Shown: positions 13,385 to 26,008 of the stretch, piece after piece
Layout of the letters: the number at the start of each line of letters is the position of its first letter
Position numbering within the stretch: the stretch's first letter is position 1
Made by a program: the position numbers and the translations under genes
Notes under the pieces: generated by a model
Told to the model about the DNA's origin: nothing
The model's input: only the letters and a program-made list of their open reading frames with translations
Databases searched by the model: none
Assembly (NCBI RefSeq): GCF_006345805.1
Contig: NC_043008.1
Location: 186,001 to 250,000, forward strand
Source of the DNA: Octopus sinensis
Lineage: Eukaryota
Length of the DNA stretch: 64,000 nt
Direction of reading: 5' to 3'

Positions 13385-13755
13385 GGTGGACGAAAGACCA
13401 GAGAGTATTTTGTTGCCACTCTGAAACGTATCGTCTCATCACAGGTATACATGGAAAAACATATCGAAGCACACATGCAAAATCGACCTCGGTGGAATTT
13501 GAGCTCAGAACGCAAGGACGACCGATATGCTGCTAAGCATTTTGTCCGACATGCCAAATATTCTTTTCAACTCTAGGCACAAGACCGTAAATTTTGGGGG
13601 GGTACGCGATCTCAGTACGCAACTGGTACTTAGTTTATCGGCCTCGGAAGGACGAAAGGCAAAGTCGACCGCGGCAGAATTTGAACTCACAACGTAGCGG
13701 CAGACGAAATACTGCTAAGCATTTTGCCCGGCGTGCTAACGATTCTGCCAGCTTG
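13385..13755 (-). mobile_element. SINE family B, tandem partial copies
   Basis: Matches ggcggcgagctggcagaa...ctgagttcaaattccgccgaggtcgactttgcctttcatcctttcggggtcgataaa...agtaccag seen in more than 20 places in the window. Confidence 0.85.
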
Positions 13756-14669
13756 TCGTCTGTGATAACGATGATGATGACGATGATGACGACGTCAACG
13801 ACGACGACGACGATGATGATGATGATGGTGATGGTGACGTTGATGCCAGCAATATTCTCTAACATAAGCACACAGATACGGGATTATGAGAAGGCGACCC
13901 TCGACTCCAGTATTTGCTTGTATCCTCCCTAAATGTTTCAGAGATAACTTCATCCTAGGATAGATTTGAATGCAGAATGCAAAGAATTTGTTTCCAATGT
14001 TCTGTTGATTATGCCTTCCATTGCTCTTATATTATCAAATTCTTCCACGATTTCCGCAGAAACAGTTGCATGATTTCGGTTTAGAAATGCATCAATAACA
14101 CCTTGAGCCGAAGTAAAAGAATACTAAATTAAGTAAACTAACACTAACACTAAACTATAAGCAACAGAGATAAGAGAATTGGAACAAGGACGTGTCTAGA
14201 AATATTTGACAAATAAAGAAGCTGACAGACTGCAAAACGTGGCGGCGTCGTTAAAAAGTCTGCTTTCCAAGCATGAGGTACTGGGTTCGGTCGCACCGCA
14301 CGGCGCTCTAGGCGAACCAAATGGCTTTTGAAATAGCCCAAGATCTATCAAAGTTTTGTGAGTACATTCGAAATAAAGCCTATCCATTGTCCACCCACAG
14401 AGCTTTGATCGAAGCTATAATACAAGATACCTACTCGAGGTTCTACGCAGTGGGACTGAACCTGGAATCATGGGTTTGGGAATCTAACTTCTCAACACAC
14501 AACCTCGTCTCTCTCTCTCTCTGTCAACATATATACATATTTATATATATATACAGAGAGAGAGAGAGAGAGAGAGAGTAAAAAACGTAGCCCCTGTCGA
14601 TAGCAGAACCTTAAGAATCATTGAGAGCATCAAATGGTACCATCATGTTTCCCACAATAAACAGCATGT

Positions 14670-14985
14670 GCAGACGCATCAGGGCGCAAATTTAAACCTC
14701 ATAGCTATTCGTCAATGGCGCTTGTACGGTCAAGTTCTTCGTCTCTCGCTAGATCATCCTTCAAGGGCTTTACCCTCATTCGATGGGGCAGCTGCGGGTT
14801 GAAAGAGGCCTCATGGCAGGATCCTGCTTAAGATGAACGGACGTGATTAAAGAAGATCCACTCGGAGGATACAGAGGGGTTGGCACTGGAGCGTCAGCGA
14901 TAGAGAGCACTGATGAACCTGGTTGGCTCTAAGCATGATCACGTCCCTAGGACCACTGACTAGAGATGACCAGAACCCCATCAAG
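14670..14985 (+). mobile_element. RTE-type LINE 3' fragment (degenerate)
   Basis: With frameshifts: RQWRLYGQVLRLSLDHPSRAL...AAAG*KRPHGR...DVIKED, resembling the RTE ORF tail (LRWxGHVxR...RPRGRP...WxDxIxxD). Confidence 0.6.
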
Positions 14986-15371
14986 CAAGCAAACAAGCGA
15001 GCAAACATGCATATATTTCCTTGTTTGCCCTAATTTTGTTATCTCTGTTTAGTATTAATTTATTTAATTTAGAATTAGTTTACTTCTGTTTAAGGTGTTC
15101 TTGATGCAATTTTTAAAACTGTTTTCATGCAAATCTCTTGATAGGACTCGCACCTGATAAGATATGTACTTGTCAATATGGTGGGTTAAATGACGGGGAA
15201 AAAATTGGGCAATTAGAGGCATAGCCGACAGAGCACCGTGTATTTTCAGGCAATCATTTAGACCTCGAGATTGAATGAATGATTGCCTGAAAATAAACGG
15301 CATCCTATACAGTCTTATCCAACCCTTGCATATTCAGAGGTATGTAACTAGTAATAGCGTGCATTAAATCC

Positions 15372-15410
<39 letters not shown>

Positions 15411-15464
15411 TATATATATATATATATCTATATATATATATATTATATATATATATATATAGTT

Positions 15465-15645
15465 TAATCCAACGTGAAAACACACAACGTGAGGACGTGG
15501 AACAAGTATAGTGTTATTGGATCTCAGGAAAGGAAAGAAGAGGGGGATTTAACGTTTTGAGCGGAGCTTTTCGTCAGAAACATAAGAAAAGGAAAGATCC
15601 AAGGAAGGGAAGACGGAAGAAAAAATCGCCAACGACACACACGGT
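15465..15645 (-). mobile_element. Penelope-type terminal repeat remnant, family A, with degenerate hammerhead (15547-15581)
   Basis: Minus strand GUUU-CUGACGA-A-AAGC-UCC-GCUC-AAAA-CG-U-U-AAAU; homologous to 405-700. Confidence 0.6.
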
Positions 15646-16207
15646 CATATATATATATATATATATATATACACGTTTGTGTGTGTATGAGTGTAAGTGT
15701 CTGTGTACATGCAAGTGTTGTGCGTGTGCCAAGATAGTATGACTGAACTGATTATTATTCATCGAATTCTACTAGTATTTAACCTAACCGAAATCGATAT
15801 GACGAAAAGCTGTCTGTCTATTAATGGAGAGTTGTTATGTTGGAAGCAAATAAATACTGCGACATATACGCCGATACCATTGGGTCAGACCATAAACGAG
15901 CATAAGCGGTCAATCATTAAAATATAGCTTTGGTGTCCGAGCAATAAATCATTCTGATGTTAAGAACAATAAGTGAGCCAAGTGAAAGAAACGTCATTTG
16001 CTCGGTTTCCTGGACTCTTTCGTTTCTGAATCATCATAACGAAGGGAATAGAATTTGCAGACTGTGTACAGATTCGAAATCTCATTTTATCGTTATTTGA
16101 TTGTTAATAAACGTAATTAATTTTATGGGAAATATGACGTATTTCCGTCAATTGATATTCATATGCGCTACACACACTCATACACACACACACACACACA
16201 CATACAT

Positions 16208-16252
<45 letters not shown>

Positions 16253-16354
16253 ACACACAGACACACACACACGTACACGCTACACACACACACGTACACA
16301 CACATACACACACACACACACACGTACACCAGGTGCGCAAATTCATATTAATAC

Positions 16355-16565
16355 TGTCTAATAACTCTCACGTGAATCGCTGGCGATTTTTTCCCTCCGT
16401 CTTCCTTTTCTCTTGGACTTCTCTCTCTCTCTCTGTTTTCTGAAGAGACTTTGCTCGAAACGTAAAACCACCTTTCTTTACTTCCCTGAGCGTCTGCTAA
16501 TACTTTACATGTAACACGTCCTCGCATTGTTTTTTTTTTTGGTCTGTTCTCCGTTTCTTTGTTTT
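16355..16565 (+). mobile_element. Penelope-type terminal repeat remnant, family A
   Basis: Reverse-complement homology to 405-560 and 15465-15645. Confidence 0.65.
16435..16468 (+). ncRNA. Minimal hammerhead ribozyme motif with very short helix II
   Basis: GUUUU-CUGAAGA-GA-CUUUGC-UC-GAAA-CG-U-A-AAAC; core nucleotides present, helix II only 2 bp. Confidence 0.5.
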
Positions 16566-16574
16566 ATATTATAT

Positions 16575-16651
<77 letters not shown>

Positions 16652-16663
16652 ATGTATATATAT

Positions 16664-16697
<34 letters not shown>

Positions 16698-16982
16698 ATA
16701 TACATACACACATATATATATACATATATATATATATATAAATTTAGACCTTAAAAAAATACGGAAACTTGTGAGTGGACGAGATATGATTATCTTTTCA
16801 AGAGGTTCTCCAAGCACACATAAAGCTATAAGTAATAGTCTGTAAATATTGGACAGCTTTTGACTTTTTCCATCTGAAAGGGTTTTGCTACCCACTTTTT
16901 ACACATTATTAATTATAGCCTTCTCTGTGCTTCGAGATCTACCATTCCTAAAAAGGAATTGCAAAACACACGTACACAAGAA

Positions 16983-17030
16983 TGCATACATACACACATA
17001 CATACATACATACATACATACATACATACA

Positions 17031-17064
<34 letters not shown>

Positions 17065-17370
17065 CGACGGGCTTCTTTCAGTTTTCGTCTACCAAATCCA
17101 CTCACAAGGCTTTGCTCCGGCCGAGACTATAGTAGAAGATACCATGTATGTGTGTGTATCTTTCGGTTTGTGTCTGCCCACCACCACGACCACTTGCCAG
17201 CCGGTGTTGTTGTTTATGTCCCCGCAACTTGACGGTTCGACGAAAAGAGCCCGATATAATAAGTACGAAGCTTTCATAAAAAAACTACTAGTGGTCGACT
17301 ACTTCGACTAAAATTATCAAAGCGTTGCCCCAGCATGGACGTAGTTTAATGATAGAAATAAGTAAAAGAT
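16983..17370. mobile_element. SINE family A with internal inversion
   Basis: 17063-17143 is the CORE/middle segment on the minus strand; 17144-17370 is the tail half on the plus strand. Confidence 0.65.
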
Positions 17371-18051
17371 AAAGAAGCAACATACAAACAAACAAACAAA
17401 AAATGGTTCTCTATTGAATATATTTATTATACAAAAATCTATGTTGTTATTTCCCAGCATCCACGTTTCCGGTCTTATGTCCTCCTAATACTGTTATTTC
17501 GTATTAAGTCCAGTCAAAAATTATTCAAGTCTTCTTCATTGTAATATTCCTGCCAACTCTTATTCCTCCATTCCTCCTTCCTTCTTCTCCCGCTAATTTC
17601 ATTCAACCTATTCTCAATATCTTCTCCTTCATCGTGTGCTGAACATCACACTATATTTTATCTTATCACAAAAATCTGTATTCACAGTCGTATCAGCATG
17701 TCATATCTTGTAATTCGAGGCCGGCTTTATAGCGTTAAAAAACACAAGGAAACTGGAAAGAAAACAACAAATATACATATATAACAAAAGAAAACTAGCA
17801 CCTATAACTAAACCTCAATGACGTCAATATCCCAAAATCACGTGGTATTGGTTTTTGCTTTCTTTTTTGTTTTTATTTAACATGCTTATTCTGTAGCGTT
17901 GCTACTTTACACAATGCTTTGGATAATAACCTGTAATATCATATTACAAGTCCTAAGAAAATGAAAATGTTACATTCATATTAAAATTCTGTCTTGGCTC
18001 AGCATAATCATCATCATCATTATCATCGTCATCATCATCATCATTATTAAG

Positions 18052-18250
18052 ACAGCGAGCTGGAAGAATTGTGTTGCACGCCGGACAACGTGCTTTGCGA
18101 CATTTTCGTAGCTCTTTACGTTCTGAGTTCAAAATCCACCGAGGCCAGCTTTGCCTCTCATTCTTGCGGAAGCTTATAAAACAAGCGCCAGTTGAGTCCT
18201 TGGATCGATTACATCGATCAGCATCGCTCCCAAAATTTCAGATCTTTTGC
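18052..18250 (+). mobile_element. SINE family B
   Basis: gacagcgagctggaagaa...ctgagttcaaaatccaccgaggccagctttgcc... Confidence 0.75.
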
Positions 18251-18965
18251 CTAAAATAGAAACCATTATTCACTGACATCATGACCATTATTATATGCTG
18301 TTATCATAAATACTTTTCCTCCTGCGCATCTGCCGTCGCCGCCGCCAACCCCTATTCCTCCTCCTCTTCCTCCACTTTGTCCTCTTACTCCTCCTTATTG
18401 TTGTTATCATTATTGAGTGAGAGAGTAGCGTATGCCACCAAAGTGACGGTGCGGGTATAATTATACAAAGCCCAGTATACCCATCATGGCTACCCGTTCG
18501 ATAAGGGTACACCAGGCACATGCATCACAGCCATATGCCTGTGACATGGTGATCTCATATCAAGATAACAGTGCATGACCTTGCAGGTGCGACCCACTAA
18601 GAATTTTCTTCAGGTCGAGTAGCACATCCAGCTCAAAATGTCCCTGAATAAGAGCTATTTAATAAGAGCTATTATTGTTCGACTCTTATTGGGGTCTCAT
18701 CACTTCACCAATCCCAGAGAATATATAAAGAATAGTCATTACATATTATAATGACCATTATTTATTCCATTTCTGCGCAAAATCCAGTAAAACTGGGATT
18801 CATTCCCAGATTACAATATGGAATGATGATGAACTAGAACTTCGGACCCTGCCACAAGAATACGTGGGGTTCTTTACTAACCTAAGCGATATTGTCATCC
18901 TGGTGTACTAACAGAGGCTTATAATGTATTTTGCCAGAATTGATAATCCATTACTAATAAATCTG

Positions 18966-19012
<47 letters not shown>

Positions 19013-19901
19013 AGAGAGAGAGAGAGAGAGAGAGATAGATAGATAGATAGATGATATAAAGAGAGAGAGAGTTTAAAATATTGGTTTAAAAATATTAAAA
19101 ATCAGCGAAAAAGTAAAAAAAAAATGGAATAAAAGATTCTTCAGTTCTTCTTCGAAATCTGCTACGTGATAATATAAGCATAGTATTCGCAGGAACCAAG
19201 AAATAGCGACATAAAAAAACAACAACAGAAAATCAAAATATATATAGAACAAAAAAAAAACAGAGAAAAGGAAAAAAGAAAAGGAAAATGAAAACAAGAC
19301 AGCAGAGAAACAAGAAAAATGGAGAAAGAGAAAGAAGAAAAAAACGAAAACAGATACAGAAGAAAAACAAAAAAAAAACAAAAAAAAGACGAAGGATGAG
19401 ATTAATTTACAAGGAAAAGAAAGTGTCATTGTATGAAAACTGCAAAAGCAAACCTCAGCTCTCAGCAAGTAACCGACGAACGAAGGAAAGAGGGAGAGAG
19501 AGAGAGAGAGAGAAAAAAAAGATGATAAGGAAAACAAAAGGCAGTACAGTAAAAATTAAGAAAGCAGAAAGTATAAAGAATGCAGGAATAAAGTATCTGG
19601 TAATTAACAATGAAGCTTCTGACATTGGTTCACAATGTTTAGGTTAGGGTAATCACTGTGGAGCAAGGCTGGATATATCTGTGTCTGTCCCAGTAACCCG
19701 GGTAACTAGATTATTACACGAGCATTCCAGTGAAGGGCGTCATTTTCTCATGGTTAAATATGCATACGTAGGAAACTCACTCTCCATCGTCGCCCTCTCT
19801 TCCATCCTCACTATCACACTTCTAACACACACTGTGTGTGTATGTATGTGTGTGTGTACATACATGCATACATACATACATAAATACATACATGTATACA
19901 C

Positions 19902-19972
<71 letters not shown>

Positions 19973-20127
19973 GCATATTCACATACACACACAATCTATA
20001 TATCTGTATCTTATACATAAAGACGGTTCTCAGCAGTACTACACACCCGCTAGGAAATATAGACATATGGTGTGTAAGAATCTTGTAAGAATCTTGTAAT
20101 ATATATATATATATATATATATACACG

Positions 20128-20283
20128 CGCAAGCGTGGCTCTCTGGTAAGAAGTTCGCACCCCAGCCACATGATCTCTGGTTGAGTCTCACTGTGTCGAA
20201 CCTTAAGGAAGTACCTTCTATGGTCTTGGGCTGACTAAAGCCTCATGAGTGGATTTGGTTGAGGAAACTGAAAGAAGCCCATC

Positions 20284-20326
<43 letters not shown>

Positions 20327-20515
20327 TGTGTGTGTATCCCTGTTCATCATCATCGTTTCACAAGCAGTAAGCACTGTTTGTATGTTTAGGTTTCCGTAAG
20401 GTGGCGGTAAAATAAGTCCGAGGCTTAAATAAAATGTACTGGGGTATTTACATTCGACTAATTAATTTGCAAGGCGGTGCTCCAGCATTGCCGCAGTTTA
20501 CTGACTAAAACAAGT
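20128..20515 (+). mobile_element. SINE family A, diverged full-length copy
   Basis: Head, CORE-like segment, internal (TA)n and tail gcggtgctccagcattgccgcag are all recognisable. Confidence 0.75.
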
Positions 20516-21059
20516 AGAAGATGAACGATAAATAACACAAACATACTGTTATCTCTTGAATGTAAGCAGAGCCAAGTCTACCAGTTCTTCGCATGAGAAC
20601 ATAGTGACGTATTATAGAATACACGCACATGCTCTCACACACACACACACACACACACAGAGTACCGGATTCATGCTTAAATACTTTATAATTGAACAAT
20701 TGTTTCATTGCATCCGTATTTTAGGATGAGTATTTAACTAAGTCCTTTTGTTGAGACGCAGTCATCTTGATTTCATTTAAGAGAATCACACACACACACA
20801 CGTACACACACGCACACACATGCACACACACGCATACACACACACATGTACGAGGGTGGGCTGAAACATTTATTAGCTTATTAATAACTGCATTGTTTCT
20901 TCGTCTGTCTACGTTCTGAGTTCAAATTCCGCCGACGTCGACTTTGCCTTTCATTCTTTCGGGATCGATGAATTAAGTACCAGTTGCGTACTGGGATCGA
21001 TCTAATCGACTAGCCCCCTCCACCAAAATTTCAGGCCTTGTGCCTAGAGTAGAAAGTCG

Positions 21060-21170
21060 GGGAGTGATAAAGTCTTTTACATTTCGAGCCTACGCTCTTC
21101 GACAGAAAGGAACACAGAAATAAGCAAGGAGAGGCTAACGATCTATCATGGCAATATACGTAAAAATGTA
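21060..21170 (-). mobile_element. Penelope-type terminal repeat remnant, family B, with hammerhead motif (21074-21109)
   Basis: Minus strand CUUU-CUGUCGA-A-GAGC-GUAG-GCUC-GAAA-UG-U-A-AAAG; homologous to 53690-53790. Confidence 0.7.
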
Positions 21171-21695
21171 TGTTAGTGTGTGTGTATATCTATCTACCCA
21201 CACACGCGTGCATGCATATATATATATGTATGACTGCATGTATGTATGTGTGTATGCATGCATATGTGTATGTATGTATATATGGATGCTTATATGCATG
21301 TATTAAGAAGTTGGATGAACGGGGTTATGATATATTCTACCATTGCCACGTTATTCCCAATAACTCTCTTGAATTGATTGTCATTTTATGAAGCATCAGG
21401 ACACATTCTTACAAAAACGATTTCCAAAACCAATGAGCAGCTGAAAAAGTTTTTCAAGAATTCATCGCTTCGAGGCTTTAGAATTTTATGCTGCGAAAAT
21501 AAATGTACTCGTTTCCTATTGCCAAGAATACGCCGAATCTCATGATTCTGTTATTTTCTGAGCTGACATACATTGCTTTAAATAGATGGTTAGAATCCAG
21601 AATTTTTTGTTTTACCAGCATGATGGAGTACATACACACCATGTACCACACACAAGCATATATTTATATGCGTGCGTAATATATGTCATATAAAC

Positions 21696-21737
<42 letters not shown>

Positions 21738-21769
21738 TATATATATATGTATATATACATATATATATG

Positions 21770-21869
<100 letters not shown>

Positions 21870-22594
21870 CGGTTGATACATAGGTATAGATGTGTGTGGG
21901 AGGAGCGTATCTTATATGTTCTATATATCCGATTAAAAGTGCACCTTTATTCTCGAATTCTTTTTCAAATAAAAATGCATAAAAATCCGAGTTGAAATCA
22001 AAAGTTCGTGTCATAATTTAATTACTAGAGGCATGTGATATTTTTGAAATTAGAAATATTTCCGTTCTTACTTCATTGATTGATTTGCCGATAGAAACCT
22101 ATTTAGCATCCACCTTTTGTAAACCTGCTTTGCTGCAGAAGGCGGAAGTATTGATCGCAGTGAGACAATTCATAGTGCGACGGATGTATTGTTTTATAAA
22201 GAATGATTGACAAAAAAAAAAAATGTAAAAAGAAAAAGAAAATAAGGAAATCGGAATTAATACAAGTAAAATATTTCTTTACAATTAGTGTCATCTGATG
22301 CAATGGTCACATGACATATAGAATATAGGAAATGCAATGTTTTATTTCTTAGGTTTTTATAGCAATATCCAAGTTGCAACGAGATTGCAGTTGAAGTAAA
22401 GTGTGACAAATTTTGGTGAGTAAAAAGCAGAAGGGAGCTACTAGGTTTGTTCAATTATCGTTTATTTTCGTAAAGGCTTTGTCAGAAAATCGACATCATC
22501 CATGTGTCATTTCAGAGCCTTGAGGGTGTCTATAAATATAATAGAGAGTAACTCATATTGATTTCAAATCTTAGTACAAAGGCACAAATCTTGG

Positions 22595-22770
22595 ATAAGT
22601 GGTTAAATGTATTATATGGACCCCAGTGATCAACTGGTACTTATTTCATTAACCTCGAAAGAATGAAAGCAGAGTCGACTTCGGCGGAATTTGAACTCAG
22701 AGCGTAAAGACGGACGAAACGCCGCTAAGTATTGTGTCCGGCGTGCTAACGATTCTGCCATCTTGCCGCC
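22595..22770 (-). mobile_element. SINE family B (left member of a head-to-head pair)
   Basis: Reverse complement begins ggcggcaagatggcagaatcgttagcacgccgg. Confidence 0.85.
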
Positions 22771-22802
22771 ATGAGAGAGTAAATTATATTAAGAGTGAAG
22801 AA

Positions 22803-23015
22803 GGCGGCAAGCTGGCAGAATCGTTAGCGCGCCGGGTGAAATGTTTGGCGGTACTTCTCCCGTTGCTACGTCCTGAGTTCAAATTCCACCGAGGTCGACT
22901 TTGCCTTTTATCCTTTCGGGATCGATAAAATAAATACCAGTTGAACTCTTGGGTCGATGTAATCGACTAAATCTCTTCCCCCAAATTTGAGGGTTTGTGC
23001 TTCCAGTCGAAATGA
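22803..23015 (+). mobile_element. SINE family B (right member of a head-to-head pair)
   Basis: Begins ggcggcaagctggcagaatcgttagcgcgccggg. Confidence 0.85.
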
Positions 23016-23389
23016 TATTAAGATTGAAGACCTTGCCAGGCTTAACATAACCATTTCTGATTTATGTGGAAATCCAGTAATTTTGAGAGGAAAAGTTCGG
23101 ATCAGTACTTATCTTTGGCACCAGTACTGAGAATGGTGCTTCAGTTTATTCGACTTTAGAGGGATATAAGTTGAAGTAGACCGCGGTGGGATATTTGAAC
23201 ACGGAACGTAGAGAGCCGGAACAGATACTGCAAACTATTGACATCATCCATAGATCCTTTCGGGGCCTTTATGAAACATGAGAGTAAGAGGGTGAGTTAT
23301 ATCCTCTTATACTCTAGGCACAAGGCCCTAAATTTTGGGGGAGGGGTCCAGTCGAGGGGTTGATAAGTTAAATACCAGTTACATCCAAC

Positions 23390-23695
23390 AAACCAGACTT
23401 CTCATTCAACAGAGCTGCAGTTGGTTGGGTTACGCATGACATCATCGGAAAGATTATTTATGAAAACTGAAAAAAAGGTCGGACAGAGAATTGCACCCAG
23501 AACATGAGATGAAATGGGGTAATTAAAAGAATGATATCTGCTTAAAACATTTTAATGCTATATAAACATTCAAGAGTACCAGAGACCTTTCCAGAAATTC
23601 CATACGATATAAAATTGTGGAGGCCTCCATTTTTGCTAAACTATGCCAAATGCTTTCGATGTCAAAGGCTACAATACTTGCCTTGTTACATTTAC
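23390..23695 (-). mobile_element. Degenerate LINE reverse-transcriptase fragment
   Basis: Minus strand across frames: SIVAFDI...WH..., SYGISGK, ...GAILCPT.F..FINNLSDD. These resemble the RT motifs LDIxKAFD..WH, YGIxG and GSILGPxLF..FIND. Confidence 0.55.
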
Positions 23696-23705
23696 TAGAA
23701 ACCTG

Positions 23706-24325
23706 AGGCGGCGAGCTGGCTGAAATGTTAGCACGCCGGGCGAAATGCTTAGCGGTATTTCGTCTACCGCTACATTGTGAGTTCAAATTCCGCCGAGGTC
23801 GACTTTGCCTTTCATCCTTTCGGGGGTCGATTAAATAAGTACCAGTTACGCACTGGGGTCGATGTAATCGACTTAATTCCTATGTCTGTCCTTGTTTGTC
23901 CCCTCTATGTTTAGCCCCTTGTGGGTAGTAAAGAAATAAGAAGCTTTAGCACGCCGGGCAAAATACTAAGCGGTATTTCGTCTGTTTTTATGTTCTGAGT
24001 TCTAATTCCACCGACGTCGACTTTGCCTTCCATCCTTTCAGGGTCGATAAATTAAGTACCAGTTACGTACTGGGGTCGATATAATCGACTGGCTCCCTCC
24101 CTCAAAATTTCGGGACTTGTGCCTAGAGTAGAAAATAATATGGTACTGGGTGTCACCAACGGTGCAAATAGCATGAAATACATAAATTCAAATTCCGCCG
24201 AGATCGACTTTGCCTTTAATCCTTTCGGGGAATATAAATTAAATACGAGTTGCGTATTGGGGTTGATCTAATCGACTGGCCCTCTCCCCCAAAATTTTGA
24301 GTATTGTGTCTAGTGTAGAAAGAGT
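23706..24325 (+). mobile_element. SINE family B tandem array (full monomer + two headless monomers)
   Basis: Three successive copies of the gagttcaaattccgccgaggtcgactttgcc core with two alternative tails. Confidence 0.9.
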
Positions 24326-25361
24326 TACTAGAAGCCTGATAGAACCGTTAAAAGTGTATTGGCCAAAGATACAGCAAGCTAACTTCCGACACTTACTGGT
24401 AGCATTGTGTCCTACCAATACAGTTTTCTACATCATTAATGTCTAGCGAAAGGTTAAACCTGAAGAAATATGATTTAAAAAAAATGTATCATTATACATA
24501 GAAATCTAGAGGTGTGTAAATACGTTCGTACAAGCGTCTGAACATATCTAAACAAATGATCTTGTAGAATGTATACGCACGGGTATTTCTGAGTGCAACA
24601 AATTGCTATGAATAATTAGATGCATCTCCTGAGAGATTCAATCGATAATTTATATTTTGGAAACTACTGAGGTGTGGACTGAAATATAACAAGGATGGTG
24701 TCATACACAGTCTTCCCCAGGAAATAAATACTTGTAAAAAAGAATATATATAAAACTTTGAAATAAAAACACCAACGAACTTCGACAACAATCGTGCCCA
24801 TATGACTGAGCAGGTTGATATCTTTGGAGATGACAATCTATTCACATTCATGAGATATAAATTGGAAACTCTGAAGTATCAAGATATGAATTTCTGATAT
24901 CGAAAAATGTTGAGGATTAAATTATAAATGCGACATACTTTGATACGGATCTCTCGTTGCTTGTATAAACTCTCTGATTGCTTGATTAGATAATGGCTTC
25001 CAACATAACAGTTCAAATATATTGGTTCTTAAGACATAAAAGTATGTTCAGGAATGAGACTTCAGTATAAGGACTAACACACACAAACACACGCACGCAC
25101 GCACGCACGCGCACATACACACATACACACATACACGCAGATACATGCATACACACGCGCAAATACACACACACACACAGGCACGCACACACATACACAG
25201 ATACATGCATACACATACACATACACATGCACCCACGCACACACATATACACACAAACACATGCATACTCACGCGCAAACACACACACACGCACGCACAC
25301 ACACATACACACATACACACAGATACATGCATACACACACACGGACGCACTCACACACATA

Positions 25362-25394
<33 letters not shown>

Positions 25395-25395
<1 letters not shown>

Positions 25396-25784
25396 ACACG
25401 GTAAGAAGTTTGCTACCCAATCACATGTATCTGGGTCCAGACCCTTTCAATCAAAGCGTCGGACCGACCAAAGACTTGTGAGTAGATTTGGTAGACGGAA
25501 ACTGAAAGAAACCCGTTGCTTATGAATGAATGTATGTATCTCCCCCCCTCTCTCTCTCTATATATATATGCGTATTTGTATGTATGCGTGTGTGTGCATT
25601 TGTGTCCACCACTACCGCTTGATAACCGGTGTTGGTGTGTTTACGCCCAAGAGACCAATAGAATAAGTACTAGGCTTTAAAAAAAGAATTAAAAAGAACC
25701 GAGGTTAATTTATTCGGCTAAAATACTTCCTTCAAGGCGGTACCCCAGCATAGCCGCAGACAAACGATTAAAATAAGTAAAAGA

Positions 25785-25785
<1 letters not shown>
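25395..25785 (+). mobile_element. SINE family A, diverged
   Basis: cggtaagaagtttgct...gatttggtagacggaaactgaaagaaaccc...aggcggtaccccagcatagccgcag. Confidence 0.75.
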
Positions 25786-25817
<32 letters not shown>

Positions 25818-25870
25818 AATTTATAAATAAGGATAATATCGATATTATCTAGTGGCCAGCATGGGAATAA

Positions 25871-25975
25871 ATACCATACAAAGGTAATAATTTTTTTACA
25901 ACTATAAATAAGGGTATCTAAGAGACTCTCGGATACCCTTATTTATAGTTGTAAAAAATTATTTCCTTTGTATGG

Positions 25976-25977
<2 letters not shown>
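25871..25977. repeat. Near-perfect palindrome, ~47-bp arms with a 13-nt spacer
   Basis: ataccatacaaaggtaataatttttttacaactataaataagggtatc / gatacccttatttatagttgtaaaaaattatttcctttgtatggtat: one substitution and one 1-nt indel. Confidence 0.95.

Positions 25978-26008
<31 letters not shown>

Noticed and set aside
15697-15927. GQTINEHKRSI, GIY-YIG-like words
   Set aside because: Too short, with no other endonuclease motifs.
23706-24325. CRISPR-like repeated ~40-bp words
   Set aside because: They are tandem SINE monomers with homologous rather than unique spacers; eukaryotic context and no cas genes.
24871-24915. CUGAAG...GAAA with a possible helix II
   Set aside because: The core is incomplete and helix I does not pair; may be chance.
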